IMG/VR virus record: IMGVR_UViG_3300044641_002725
Reading direction: 5' to 3' (one strand)
DNA from: a virus
DNA length: 64,000 bases
Shown: one piece after another, positions 55,968 through 64,000 of the stretch
Numbering within the stretch: position 1 is the first letter of the stretch
Layout: every line of letters starts with the position of its first letter
The notes under the pieces: model-generated
Database searches by the model: none
The model's input: the letters and a program-made list of their open reading frames with translations, nothing else
Told to the model about the DNA's origin: nothing
Made by a program: the position numbers and the translations under genes

Positions 55968-57740
55968 ATGAGTTATAATATTTTAGGTATCAATCCTGGT
56001 CATAATGGTTCTGCGGCATTACTAGTTGATGGTGAAGTTGTATACTATGTTGAAGAAGAAAGATTAAGTCGTGCTAAGTATGATGGTAATCCATTCAGAG
56101 GCATGTTAGACATTATGCAGAAATGGCACGTTGATGAACTTGTCATTGCTGGTACTGGACAAGAAGAACATAAACTTCCGTGGACAGGTGAAGATGCGTA
56201 TACTGCGCTTGTTCGCAAATTCTATCCTAATGTAAAAGTACAAAGACTTGGAAATGAACATCACTTGGGTCATGCCGCATCTGCATTTTACAATTCTGGA
56301 TTTGAAACAGCAATTGCACTTATTGTAGATGGTGCTGGTTCACTCAAAAAAGAAAAAGTGGATGAGAAGAATGAAACTATCACAGCCGAAGGATATGAAA
56401 CAGAATCGATTTGGCATTGTGAATATCCAGGCAAATTTGCTTTAGTGCGAAAAGTTTATGGTAACAATGCCGGACCAAAAGTCGATACTGGAGTATTTGA
56501 TTTTGATGGTGGCGCAACAACTGTTACTAAAGCATACGAAGCAGTATCTCAGTACTTAGGCTTTGGTTTTATCGAAGCAGGTAAGACAATGGGACTTGCA
56601 CCATATGGTAAGTATGATGACAATATTCCTAGATTGTTTAATGGTAATAGGGGTTCAAAAGATGTTTTCATTCCTGCATATCCAGCGGGTGCTTACATCG
56701 ACCAAGGAAGATTTCCATATCTAAGACAATATGCAGATCCAAGAGATTGGCATAAAGACTCTGAAAAATTAACAACTGTTGAAAAGAATCTTGCTTGGCA
56801 TATTCAAAATGATACGCAACAGATAATTGGTGACTACATTGAACTTGCAGTTCAAGCTACAAAAGTAGAAAATATTGTTATCGCTGGTGGTTATGGTTTG
56901 AATTGCGTTGCAAACTATTACTTAAAGAAACGTTTTCCACATTTAAACATTTATGTTGAACCAGTCGCAAATGATGCTGGTACTGCAATTGGTGTTGCAA
57001 AACTTTCTTGGCACACTTCACAAAATGATAGTACAGTTCGCCCACAGAAAAGCATCTATTACGGACCTGAGTATTCAAAAGAATTGCTTGAGTATATCTT
57101 AGACGCAAACAAAGAAGCAATCAAAGTAACTCCTACTACAAAAGAAGAAGTTGCACAATTGATTGCTGATAAAAATATTGTTTCGATCTTTCAAGGTCGT
57201 TCTGAAGCTGGTCCTCGTGCATTGGGTAATCGTTCTATTCTTTATGATTCAAGAGATCCAGAAGGTAAAGACAAAGTTAATCTTGTCAAAGGTCGTGAAT
57301 GGTTTAGACCATTTGCAGGCTCTGTCTTGCTAGAAGACGCAAACGATTGGTTTGACATGGCTGGACTTGAAGAGTCTCCATTTATGATGTATGCAGTTAA
57401 TGTTGCCGCAGACAAAGTGAGTGAGATTCCGTGTGTTACACACGTTGATGAAACTTGTCGTGTGCAAACTGTTTCTGAAGAGAACAACAAGCATTACTAT
57501 GAATTGATTAAGGCATACAAAGACATTACTGGTGTTCCAGTTATCTTCAATACTTCATTCAATCTTGCTGGTCATCCTTTAGTTGAGACACTACAAGATG
57601 CATTGATGACAATCTTTAGTTCTAAACTAAAATATATCTACTTGCCTGAGTTAGGTGTTCTTGTCGAAAAGACAATTGATGATCCAACAGAGAAAGTTGA
57701 AGCTGAAGAAGTTGAAACAGAAACAGCAACTGAAGAATAA
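55968..57740 (+). CDS. Carbamoyltransferase (NodU/CmcH/TobZ family)
   Basis: HNGSAAL, EEERLSR.K, HH..HA..AFY.S, DG.G, GK.MGLA.YG, GG..LNC.AN, E.GPRALGNRS, K.REWFRPFA, NTSFN. Confidence 0.93.
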   Translation: MSYNILGINPGHNGSAALLVDGEVVYYVEEERLSRAKYDGNPFRGMLDIMQKWHVDELVIAGTGQEEHKLPWTGEDAYTALVRKFYPNVKVQRLGNEHHLGHAASAFYNSGFETAIALIVDGAGSLKKEKVDEKNETITAEGYETESIWHCEYPGKFALVRKVYGNNAGPKVDTGVFDFDGGATTVTKAYEAVSQYLGFGFIEAGKTMGLAPYGKYDDNIPRLFNGNRGSKDVFIPAYPAGAYIDQGRFPYLRQYADPRDWHKDSEKLTTVEKNLAWHIQNDTQQIIGDYIELAVQATKVENIVIAGGYGLNCVANYYLKKRFPHLNIYVEPVANDAGTAIGVAKLSWHTSQNDSTVRPQKSIYYGPEYSKELLEYILDANKEAIKVTPTTKEEVAQLIADKNIVSIFQGRSEAGPRALGNRSILYDSRDPEGKDKVNLVKGREWFRPFAGSVLLEDANDWFDMAGLEESPFMMYAVNVAADKVSEIPCVTHVDETCRVQTVSEENNKHYYELIKAYKDITGVPVIFNTSFNLAGHPLVETLQDALMTIFSSKLKYIYLPELGVLVEKTIDDPTEKVEAEEVETETATEE

Positions 57741-57765
57741 AAAAAGCCCCTTTTGGGGCTTTTTT
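57739..57765. terminator. Bidirectional rho-independent terminator
   Basis: AAAAAAAGCCCC-TTTT-GGGGCTTTTTT between convergent genes. Confidence 0.85.
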
Positions 57766-57766
57766 G

Positions 57767-58465
57767 TTATGCAAGAGAATTTGCAAAATCTAGTAGAGAG
57801 TTAAACGTCTTTGTTTTATTCTTTAACTCCTTATTTGCAAATGTATCTAGTTTAGACTCTACATCTTCATAACCAGGAGATTTAATTAGAATAGGTTTTG
57901 CATGTACAGAGTCGCCAGCTTTCAGATTATATAATTTGTTGCCTGCAAAGTATCCACCCTTGAATGCAACTTTCATATCATTCTCAGCACGTTTCATCAT
58001 ACCATTGTTTGGCATTGCAAACAAATCTTCTTTCATGTTGGATGTTGCATATAGAAGTCCGTCAATTGTAAAGATTCCAGCTTGACCAAAATAATTCATC
58101 AACTGTTGAACATTAGAATCTACTGCTTGAGTAGTTAATTTACCTTGACTGATTAGGGGTTCATTAAAGAATATGACAAGTTTATATCCTTTTAGACGAA
58201 TAGTACGAATTGCATCTAATGCACCAGGAAGTATTTCTATATCAGATGGATTAATAATAGGTTTAGTGTCATTTAAAATTACACCTCTATCAATACCAAT
58301 TGTTTCTTTAGGAAAATAAGTTGGCCAGTTTTGCTGTTGCTGAGGCATTTGTTGGCCATATGGTGAACTATAGTTTTGTTGTCCGTACGGTTGCATCTGT
58401 GGCATAGTAGGTGATGGTGGTTGACCACCAACGTTCATGCTTCTATCTATTGAAAATCTTCCCAT
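57767..58465 (-). CDS. GmhB-like HAD protein with degenerate catalytic motifs and Q/P-rich N-terminus
   Basis: ILPGA..AI......GYK.VI..N, P..GM fold signatures; DRG replaces DxD. Confidence 0.7.
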   Translation of the reverse strand: MGRFSIDRSMNVGGQPPSPTMPQMQPYGQQNYSSPYGQQMPQQQQNWPTYFPKETIGIDRGVILNDTKPIINPSDIEILPGALDAIRTIRLKGYKLVIFFNEPLISQGKLTTQAVDSNVQQLMNYFGQAGIFTIDGLLYATSNMKEDLFAMPNNGMMKRAENDMKVAFKGGYFAGNKLYNLKAGDSVHAKPILIKSPGYEDVESKLDTFANKELKNKTKTFNSLLDFANSLA

Positions 58466-58477
58466 TGTTAAATCCTC

Positions 58478-59392
58478 TCAAATCTTAAAAAATTCATTTA
58501 TACTTCTGAAATGCGTTTTAATTCCTGCATCTCTTAATTTAGTCATGTCAGCACACGTCCAATATTGATATTTTGTTTGATACTCTTTTGGAAAAGGAAC
58601 AGTTTCAACTTTAGCATTTTCTCTCTGTGCAATAATTTCAGCAACTCTAGCAAAAGATTCTGGTGCACCTGTGCCCAAATTAAAAATTCCACTATTCATT
58701 TTGTTGAATGCTAATTCTATTTTGGCTTGTACAATATCTTCAACACAAACGAAATCTCTGAATATACTTTCTGAGCCAGAGAATAATTTTATTTTTCCTG
58801 TTTCTCTTGCTTGAATAGTAAACTTGGTGATTGGGCTTGCTTGATCTTTCTTATGCAATTCATTTTCGCCATAAACATTGAAGTATCTTAGCCCTTGAAT
58901 GTTGAATTCAAACTTACTAGAGTATTCTGACTCCATCAATTTAATAATTTTTTTGTCAAACATATATTTAGAAAATGCATATGGTGTTTGTGGATACATT
59001 GAAGCAGATTCTGGCACTCTGAAGTTTGCGGGCATGTCACCGTAAACACTTGCACTAGATGCATATTGAAAAGGTATCTTATGTTCAAACGATTTTCTCA
59101 AAAGTTTTTCTGAGAATTCATAATTTCTTTTCATTAACAAAGTACCATTTGTTTCTCTAGTAGAAGAAATTGCACCTTCATGGAAAATAAACTTGACACT
59201 ATCCCAATCAGAGAATGTATCAAAAAATGAATCAACATCATAATAATCACCAAACGTTGTGCCGTTTAGATTCATCATCTTATTGCCATCAGTCAAATCA
59301 TCAACAACTATGATTTCTGATATGCCTCTTGCATTTAATGCTCTAATTAAATTTGATCCAATGAATCCAAATCCGCCAGTAACCAGTATCAT
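58478..59392 (-). CDS. hldD: ADP-L-glycero-D-manno-heptose 6-epimerase
   Basis: VTGG.GFIGSNL...LN..G...I.VVDDL, IFHEGAISST.E, YASSASVYG, LRYFNVYG..E.HK...AS, KYQ.WT.AD. Confidence 0.92.
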   Translation of the reverse strand: MILVTGGFGFIGSNLIRALNARGISEIIVVDDLTDGNKMMNLNGTTFGDYYDVDSFFDTFSDWDSVKFIFHEGAISSTRETNGTLLMKRNYEFSEKLLRKSFEHKIPFQYASSASVYGDMPANFRVPESASMYPQTPYAFSKYMFDKKIIKLMESEYSSKFEFNIQGLRYFNVYGENELHKKDQASPITKFTIQARETGKIKLFSGSESIFRDFVCVEDIVQAKIELAFNKMNSGIFNLGTGAPESFARVAEIIAQRENAKVETVPFPKEYQTKYQYWTCADMTKLRDAGIKTHFRSINEFFKI

Positions 59393-59772
59393 TATTGTTC
59401 CTTGCTCTGCTGACTATCTCCAGGCAGAACACGATAATTATCTTGAACACTATCTGGTGTGGAGACTTCTATGATTGTGCCTTCTTCTAGGCAAATAACT
59501 TGATGTGGTTGTAGAGGACGATTACGCCAAACTTCTCCAGCTTTCAGCGTTACGTCATGCATACTTGCGTCTTTAGTCTCAATGAATTTAATCATAAATA
59601 AACCATCTAACACATACCAAGATTCATCTTTTTCAGCATGGAAGTGCATACTGAATTTTGCGCCTTTATTGAACTTCATCAATTTGCCGCAATACTTATC
59701 GTTGGTAGCCCAAATCAATTCGTGACCCCAACCCTTTTTCACAAAACCTTCTAGTCTTTCCATATTATTCAC
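59392..59772 (-). CDS. Cupin (sugar isomerase-like) protein
   Basis: V.KGWG.E.IW...D.YCGK......G...S.H.H..K.E.W, H......EVST.DS..D.YR..PGDSQ. Confidence 0.8.
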   Translation of the reverse strand: MNNMERLEGFVKKGWGHELIWATNDKYCGKLMKFNKGAKFSMHFHAEKDESWYVLDGLFMIKFIETKDASMHDVTLKAGEVWRNRPLQPHQVICLEEGTIIEVSTPDSVQDNYRVLPGDSQQSKEQ

Positions 59773-59784
59773 CTCGCTTATAAC

Positions 59785-59813
59785 ATTATACTTTATTTAG
59801 CACATTAAATCAA
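59785..59813 (-). promoter_or_regulatory. sigma70-like promoter (with embedded CTAAATA late motif) for cupin-hldD-gmhB operon
   Basis: Minus strand TTGATT-N17-TATAAT. Confidence 0.65.
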
Positions 59814-59878
59814 GTGCGTTGGAGTGCAATTAATAAGAATGATAAATAGAAGATGAAATTCATAAGGGGCAAAAGTAA

Positions 59879-60628
59879 ATGAGTACAAGCAAACCAGCAA
59901 CAAGAGAAGAATTTAAGCAATTCTGCCTTAGAAGACTAGGTGCGCCTCTCTTAGAGATAAACGTAGCTGACGAACAAGTTGAAGACTGCATTGAGATTGC
60001 ATTTCAATATTACTACGATTACCACTATGACGCAACGGAAAAAGTCTATCTAGCACACGCAGTCACGCAAGATGACATAACAAACAAATACATCACATTA
60101 CCAGATTCTGTCATTGGTGTTATGAATATCTTTGACATTGGCGACAGTTATTCTACAAACAATCTTTTCAATTTGAGATATCAGATTTCTTTGAATGATT
60201 TGTATTCATTCAATACTGGTCCGTTTGCGCCATACTACATGGCATTTCAAAACGTTGCAATGGCAGAAGAACTGTTTGTGGGTAAACAATCCCTCAGATT
60301 CAATCGCCACATCAACAGAGTTTACATTGACATGTCTTGGGACACAAAAGTAACTATTGGTGAATTCATTATCATCGAAGGATATCAGAAGATTGATCCT
60401 GACACATTCACAGATGTATACAATGATAGATTCTTGCAGAAGTATTGTACCGCACAAATCAAAAAACAATGGGGTGAAAACCTTAAAAAGTTTGAGGGAC
60501 TTTCTATGCCAGGTGGTATTACGTTTAACGGACAGAAAATCTGGGATGAAGCTACAGATGAAATTCAAGCATTAGAAGCAGAAGTCATTAGCACGTATTC
60601 TCTACCTGTTACTGACATGCTAGGCTAA
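59879..60628 (+). CDS. gp13: Neck protein gp13
   Basis: P.TR.E....CLRRLG.P..EINV..EQ.ED, K.QWG.NL.KF.G...PGG...NG. Confidence 0.93.
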   Translation: MSTSKPATREEFKQFCLRRLGAPLLEINVADEQVEDCIEIAFQYYYDYHYDATEKVYLAHAVTQDDITNKYITLPDSVIGVMNIFDIGDSYSTNNLFNLRYQISLNDLYSFNTGPFAPYYMAFQNVAMAEELFVGKQSLRFNRHINRVYIDMSWDTKVTIGEFIIIEGYQKIDPDTFTDVYNDRFLQKYCTAQIKKQWGENLKKFEGLSMPGGITFNGQKIWDEATDEIQALEAEVISTYSLPVTDMLG

Positions 60629-60633
60629 TCACA

Positions 60634-61458
60634 ATGGCACGCAATCGTTTTTTTAATCAATACACTCCTGTTAAGCAGGAACAAAATCTTGTTGAAGATT
60701 TAATTATAGAATCTATCAAGATTTATGGTATAGATGGTTATTACTTACCAAGAACGCACGTAAATTTAGATAAGATTTATGGCGAAGATGCGTCTATGCT
60801 TTTTGATGATGCACTTGAAATGGAACTGTATGTAAAAAGTTTTGATGGCTTTATGGGACAAGAAGACTTTATGGCAAAGTTTGGTCTTCAAGTTGACGAA
60901 TCAGTCACATTTGTTATTTCGCAAAAACGATTCACACAATCACTCAAAACATCTATAATCACAGAATACTCATACAACATGTTGACTGAAGATGGAGAAG
61001 AATTATTAAGCAACAGGAATGATGTGTCAGAGTATGATTACGAAGCCATTGTGAGACCAAGAGAGGGTGATTTAATTTGGATTCCTATGTTTGAAAGCAT
61101 GTATGAAATTAAATTCACTCAAAATATTGAGAACTTCTTTCAATTAGGCAAACTCTACACATACGAACTACGTTGTGACAGACTCGAATACTCTAGCGAA
61201 CGTATTAATACTGACATTACCGAAATTGATGCAAACGAAGATCAATACAGTTTGTCAACTGCTAATAATGAAAAATTACTTGACGAAGATAATTTCTTGT
61301 TCTTGCTTGAAGACGGCACATTCATTATCAACGAAGCTGATGTTGTTGTTCTAGCAGAGATTTCAGCAGACAATGAAGAGATTGGTCAGAAAATTATTGA
61401 CGATGATATTCTAGATTTCTCAGAACAAAACCCATTCTCATTGACAAGGACTTTCTAA
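60634..61458 (+). CDS. gp14: Neck protein gp14
   Basis: EQ.L.EDL..ESI..YG...YYLPR, KFG, RP.EGDL, FFQLGK, DFSE.NPF. Confidence 0.93.
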   Translation: MARNRFFNQYTPVKQEQNLVEDLIIESIKIYGIDGYYLPRTHVNLDKIYGEDASMLFDDALEMELYVKSFDGFMGQEDFMAKFGLQVDESVTFVISQKRFTQSLKTSIITEYSYNMLTEDGEELLSNRNDVSEYDYEAIVRPREGDLIWIPMFESMYEIKFTQNIENFFQLGKLYTYELRCDRLEYSSERINTDITEIDANEDQYSLSTANNEKLLDEDNFLFLLEDGTFIINEADVVVLAEISADNEEIGQKIIDDDILDFSEQNPFSLTRTF

Positions 61459-61459
61459 T

Positions 61460-62215
61460 ATGATGTTCGGACACGACTTCTATCACGGAACGCTAAGACG
61501 TTACGTAATCATGTTTGGTAATTTGTTTAACGAAATTCAAGTTGACAGATACGATTCTGCTGGAACTAAAATTCAAACTGTCAACGTTCCAATTGAGTAT
61601 GGACCAAAACAAAAGTTTATTCAAAGGGTGACTAGCGATCCTGATTTGAATCGCCATGTTTCTACTACATTGCCAAGACTTGGATTTGAGTTTACTAGCA
61701 TGTCATATGCGCCTCAGCGTAAATTAAACAGCGCACATAAAATAACTAGAGGCGTAAATACTGGAGGGCTAGACTTCAATTATATGCACACACCTGTGCC
61801 ATATGACTTCAGCTTTTCTTTACATGCACTTTTTAGAAACACCGAAGACGGCACACAAATTGTAGAACAGATTGTGCCATTCTTTACACCAGACTTTACT
61901 GTGACAATGAAGATGATTCCAGAGATGGCACTTAACATGGATATTCCAATTGAGTTAAACTCGGTAACTTCATCAGACACATACGAAGGAGATATGGATT
62001 CTCGCAGAATTCAAACGTACCAATTAGATTTTACAGTCAAAGGATATTTGTTTGGACCAACTAAGAAGTTCAAGTACATTGCTAAAGAAGATATTAATTT
62101 TATTGATGATGGCTCTGCAATCAACAAAGCAATCATATCTACTCAAACATTTACTGGAAACTCTGAGTTTGAAGTAACCGAAACGCAAACTAACAACAAT
62201 GGATATACGACATAA
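61460..62215 (+). CDS. gp15: Tail sheath terminator gp15
   Basis: FYH...R.Y...FG.LFN.I, VPI.YGPK.KF, LPR..FE, PVPY, QI.EQI.PFF.P. Confidence 0.93.
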   Translation: MMFGHDFYHGTLRRYVIMFGNLFNEIQVDRYDSAGTKIQTVNVPIEYGPKQKFIQRVTSDPDLNRHVSTTLPRLGFEFTSMSYAPQRKLNSAHKITRGVNTGGLDFNYMHTPVPYDFSFSLHALFRNTEDGTQIVEQIVPFFTPDFTVTMKMIPEMALNMDIPIELNSVTSSDTYEGDMDSRRIQTYQLDFTVKGYLFGPTKKFKYIAKEDINFIDDGSAINKAIISTQTFTGNSEFEVTETQTNNNGYTT

Positions 62216-62640
62216 TGAAGAAAACAGTTGATGATAAGTTAAATGACATATTTGATGTGCAAGGTAAGATTGTTGAACAAGCATTGGTACCTGTTGAACA
62301 CCCAAAGAAAGAAGTTATTTCTGGTGCACCAAATGATGAATCAATTGATGCTGACTATGAATATGCGAGAGAGAATTTAAAGCTATTCATTGAGCAAGGC
62401 AAAGTTGCTATGGAAAACATTATCTTTTTAGCAAAAGAAGGTGAGTCTCCAAGAGCATACGAAGTTGTAGGGCAATTGATTAAAACATTGTCAGACACAA
62501 ATAAAGATTTGTTAGACTTGGGTAAAAAAGTAAAAGACTTGAAGACAAAAAAAGATGATACACAACAACCACAACATGTGACTAATGCATTGTTTGTTGG
62601 TAGCACGGCAGAATTACAGAAACTAATTGGTAAAAGATGA
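62215..62640 (+). CDS. gp16: Terminase small subunit gp16
   Basis: DYEYAR.N, A.E.ESPRAYEV...LIK, NALFVGSTAELQK. Confidence 0.93.
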   Translation: MKKTVDDKLNDIFDVQGKIVEQALVPVEHPKKEVISGAPNDESIDADYEYARENLKLFIEQGKVAMENIIFLAKEGESPRAYEVVGQLIKTLSDTNKDLLDLGKKVKDLKTKKDDTQQPQHVTNALFVGSTAELQKLIGKR

Positions 62641-64000
62641 CTGCAAAATCCTATCTAGGAAATTCTCTTTTAAAAGCATCTGGTGTACCACTCAATTTCA
62701 CCAAAGAAGAGATTGAAGAATACTTGAAATGTGCTGACGATCCAATATACTTCATTGAAAGTTATTGTAAGATTGTCACGTTAGATCATGGACTTCAGGC
62801 ATTTAAACTGTATGACTGCCAAAAGAACAAAGTAAAAATTATCCATGAGAATCGTAAAGTCATTCTTATGGAAGGGCGACAACAAGGTAAGACAACAACT
62901 TCTGCCGCTTACATCTTGTGGTACACATTGTTTCAAGGAAGCAAGACTGTAGCCATTCTAGCCAACAAAGCAACAGCCGCTAGAGAAGTTTTGTATCGTT
63001 ATCAAATCATGTATGAGAATCTTCCTACATGGCTACAGCAAGGTGTCACTACATGGAACAAGGGTGACATTGCTTTAGAAAATGGTTCAATTGTATTCAC
63101 AGCCGCAACAAGCACATCAGGTATTCGTGGTAAGTCAGTTAACTTATTGTACGTTGACGAAGCCGCTATCATACCGAACAATGTAGCAGAACAATTCTTT
63201 ACCTCAGTTTATCCTACGATTTCTGCTGGTGAAACAACAAAGATTCTGCTAAGTTCTACTCCACTTGGATACAATCACTTCTGGAAATTCTGGAATGATG
63301 CAGACAACAATAGAAATGGATTTGTCAATCTATTCATTCCATACTGGGAGATTCCTGGACGTGATGAGAAGTGGGCATCTGAACAAAGAGCAATGTTGGG
63401 TGAGTTGAAGTTTAATCAAGAGGTTTTATGTAACTTCTTAGGTTCTAGTCTTACACTCATTGCTTCCGATTCTATTGCACAAATGTCGGCTAGCCCTATT
63501 ACCTATCAAAAAGATGGGCTAGACATATACGAAAATGTTGAAAAAGATCATGCATATTGTATTGTAGCAGACACAGCAAAGGGTGTCGGTGGTGACTATT
63601 CGGCATTTCAGATTATTGACATAACTCAGATGCCATATAGAATTGTGGGTAAATATAGAAACAATGAAATCAGCCCTCTTTTGTATCCATCAGTACTTTA
63701 CAGAGTGGGTAAAGAATACAATGAGGCATATATTCTAATTGAGATCAATTCTTCAGAGCAAGTTGCAGAGATTCTTTATGGTGAGTATGAATATGAGAAT
63801 ATTATTTCTGTTAGCAGAACACCACAAGGCCAAGTTGTTAATGGTGGATTTGGTGGAAATAAAACGCAACTTGGTGTCATCACAGACAAAAAAGTTAAAC
63901 GCATTGGATGTTCTAACTTCAAGTCATTGGTCGAAGAGAAAAAACTCATTATCAATGATGCTGATACTATAGCTGAGATTTCAACATTCATTGAAAAAAG
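62637..64000 (+). CDS. gp17: Terminase large subunit gp17 (3'-truncated; absent from ORF track)
   Basis: ATG 62637: YLGN..LK...; RQQGKTT Walker A; AILANK; IRGKS..LLYVDEAA; STP.G.NHF; QE..C.FLGS; AD.A.GVG.DYS. Confidence 0.95.
   Translation, partial: MTAKSYLGNSLLKASGVPLNFTKEEIEEYLKCADDPIYFIESYCKIVTLDHGLQAFKLYDCQKNKVKIIHENRKVILMEGRQQGKTTTSAAYILWYTLFQGSKTVAILANKATAAREVLYRYQIMYENLPTWLQQGVTTWNKGDIALENGSIVFTAATSTSGIRGKSVNLLYVDEAAIIPNNVAEQFFTSVYPTISAGETTKILLSSTPLGYNHFWKFWNDADNNRNGFVNLFIPYWEIPGRDEKWASEQRAMLGELKFNQEVLCNFLGSSLTLIASDSIAQMSASPITYQKDGLDIYENVEKDHAYCIVADTAKGVGGDYSAFQIIDITQMPYRIVGKYRNNEISPLLYPSVLYRVGKEYNEAYILIEINSSEQVAEILYGEYEYENIISVSRTPQGQVVNGGFGGNKTQLGVITDKKVKRIGCSNFKSLVEEKKLIINDADTIAEISTFIEK

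Noticed and set aside
62637-64000. Apparent ORF-free gap or intron/intein in the terminase region
   Set aside because: It is a continuous gp17 frame that runs off the window end

Overview
A 64-kb segment of an AT-rich T4-like myophage (Straboviridae/Kyanoviridae-like gene order; probably an aquatic phage of a Gram-negative, possibly betaproteobacterial, host). Left to right: the end of a PBP7-like peptidase; a cluster of 8 tRNAs containing an unannotated structured RNA and a minimal malonyl-CoA-decarboxylase-like gene; split HldE (heptose kinase and adenylyltransferase); envelope lipoproteins; an early region driven by repeated sigma70 promoters with a conserved upstream palindrome; phoH and an exonuclease; a circularly permuted two-piece tmRNA whose intervening segment holds a 50-codon ORF; a rhamnose-type sugar/glycosyltransferase operon; gp33-gp59-gp32; a leftward tail/baseplate block (tape measure with M23 domain, holin-like, gp51, gp26, gp54, gp2, gp4); a rightward baseplate block (gp48, gp53, gp27, gp5, gp25, gp6, gp7, gp8, VrlC-like); fibre genes including a 1392-aa protein with about 10% Cys; a GT9 heptosyltransferase / carbamoyltransferase / pseudo-GmhB / HldD / cupin island; and gp13-gp17. 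The most novel candidates are (1) a phage glycosylation system (ADP-heptose pathway, GT9, carbamoyltransferase) next to hyper-Cys-rich fibre proteins and (2) the ORF-containing permuted tmRNA. All product calls are from motif recognition by eye; no database searches were run.
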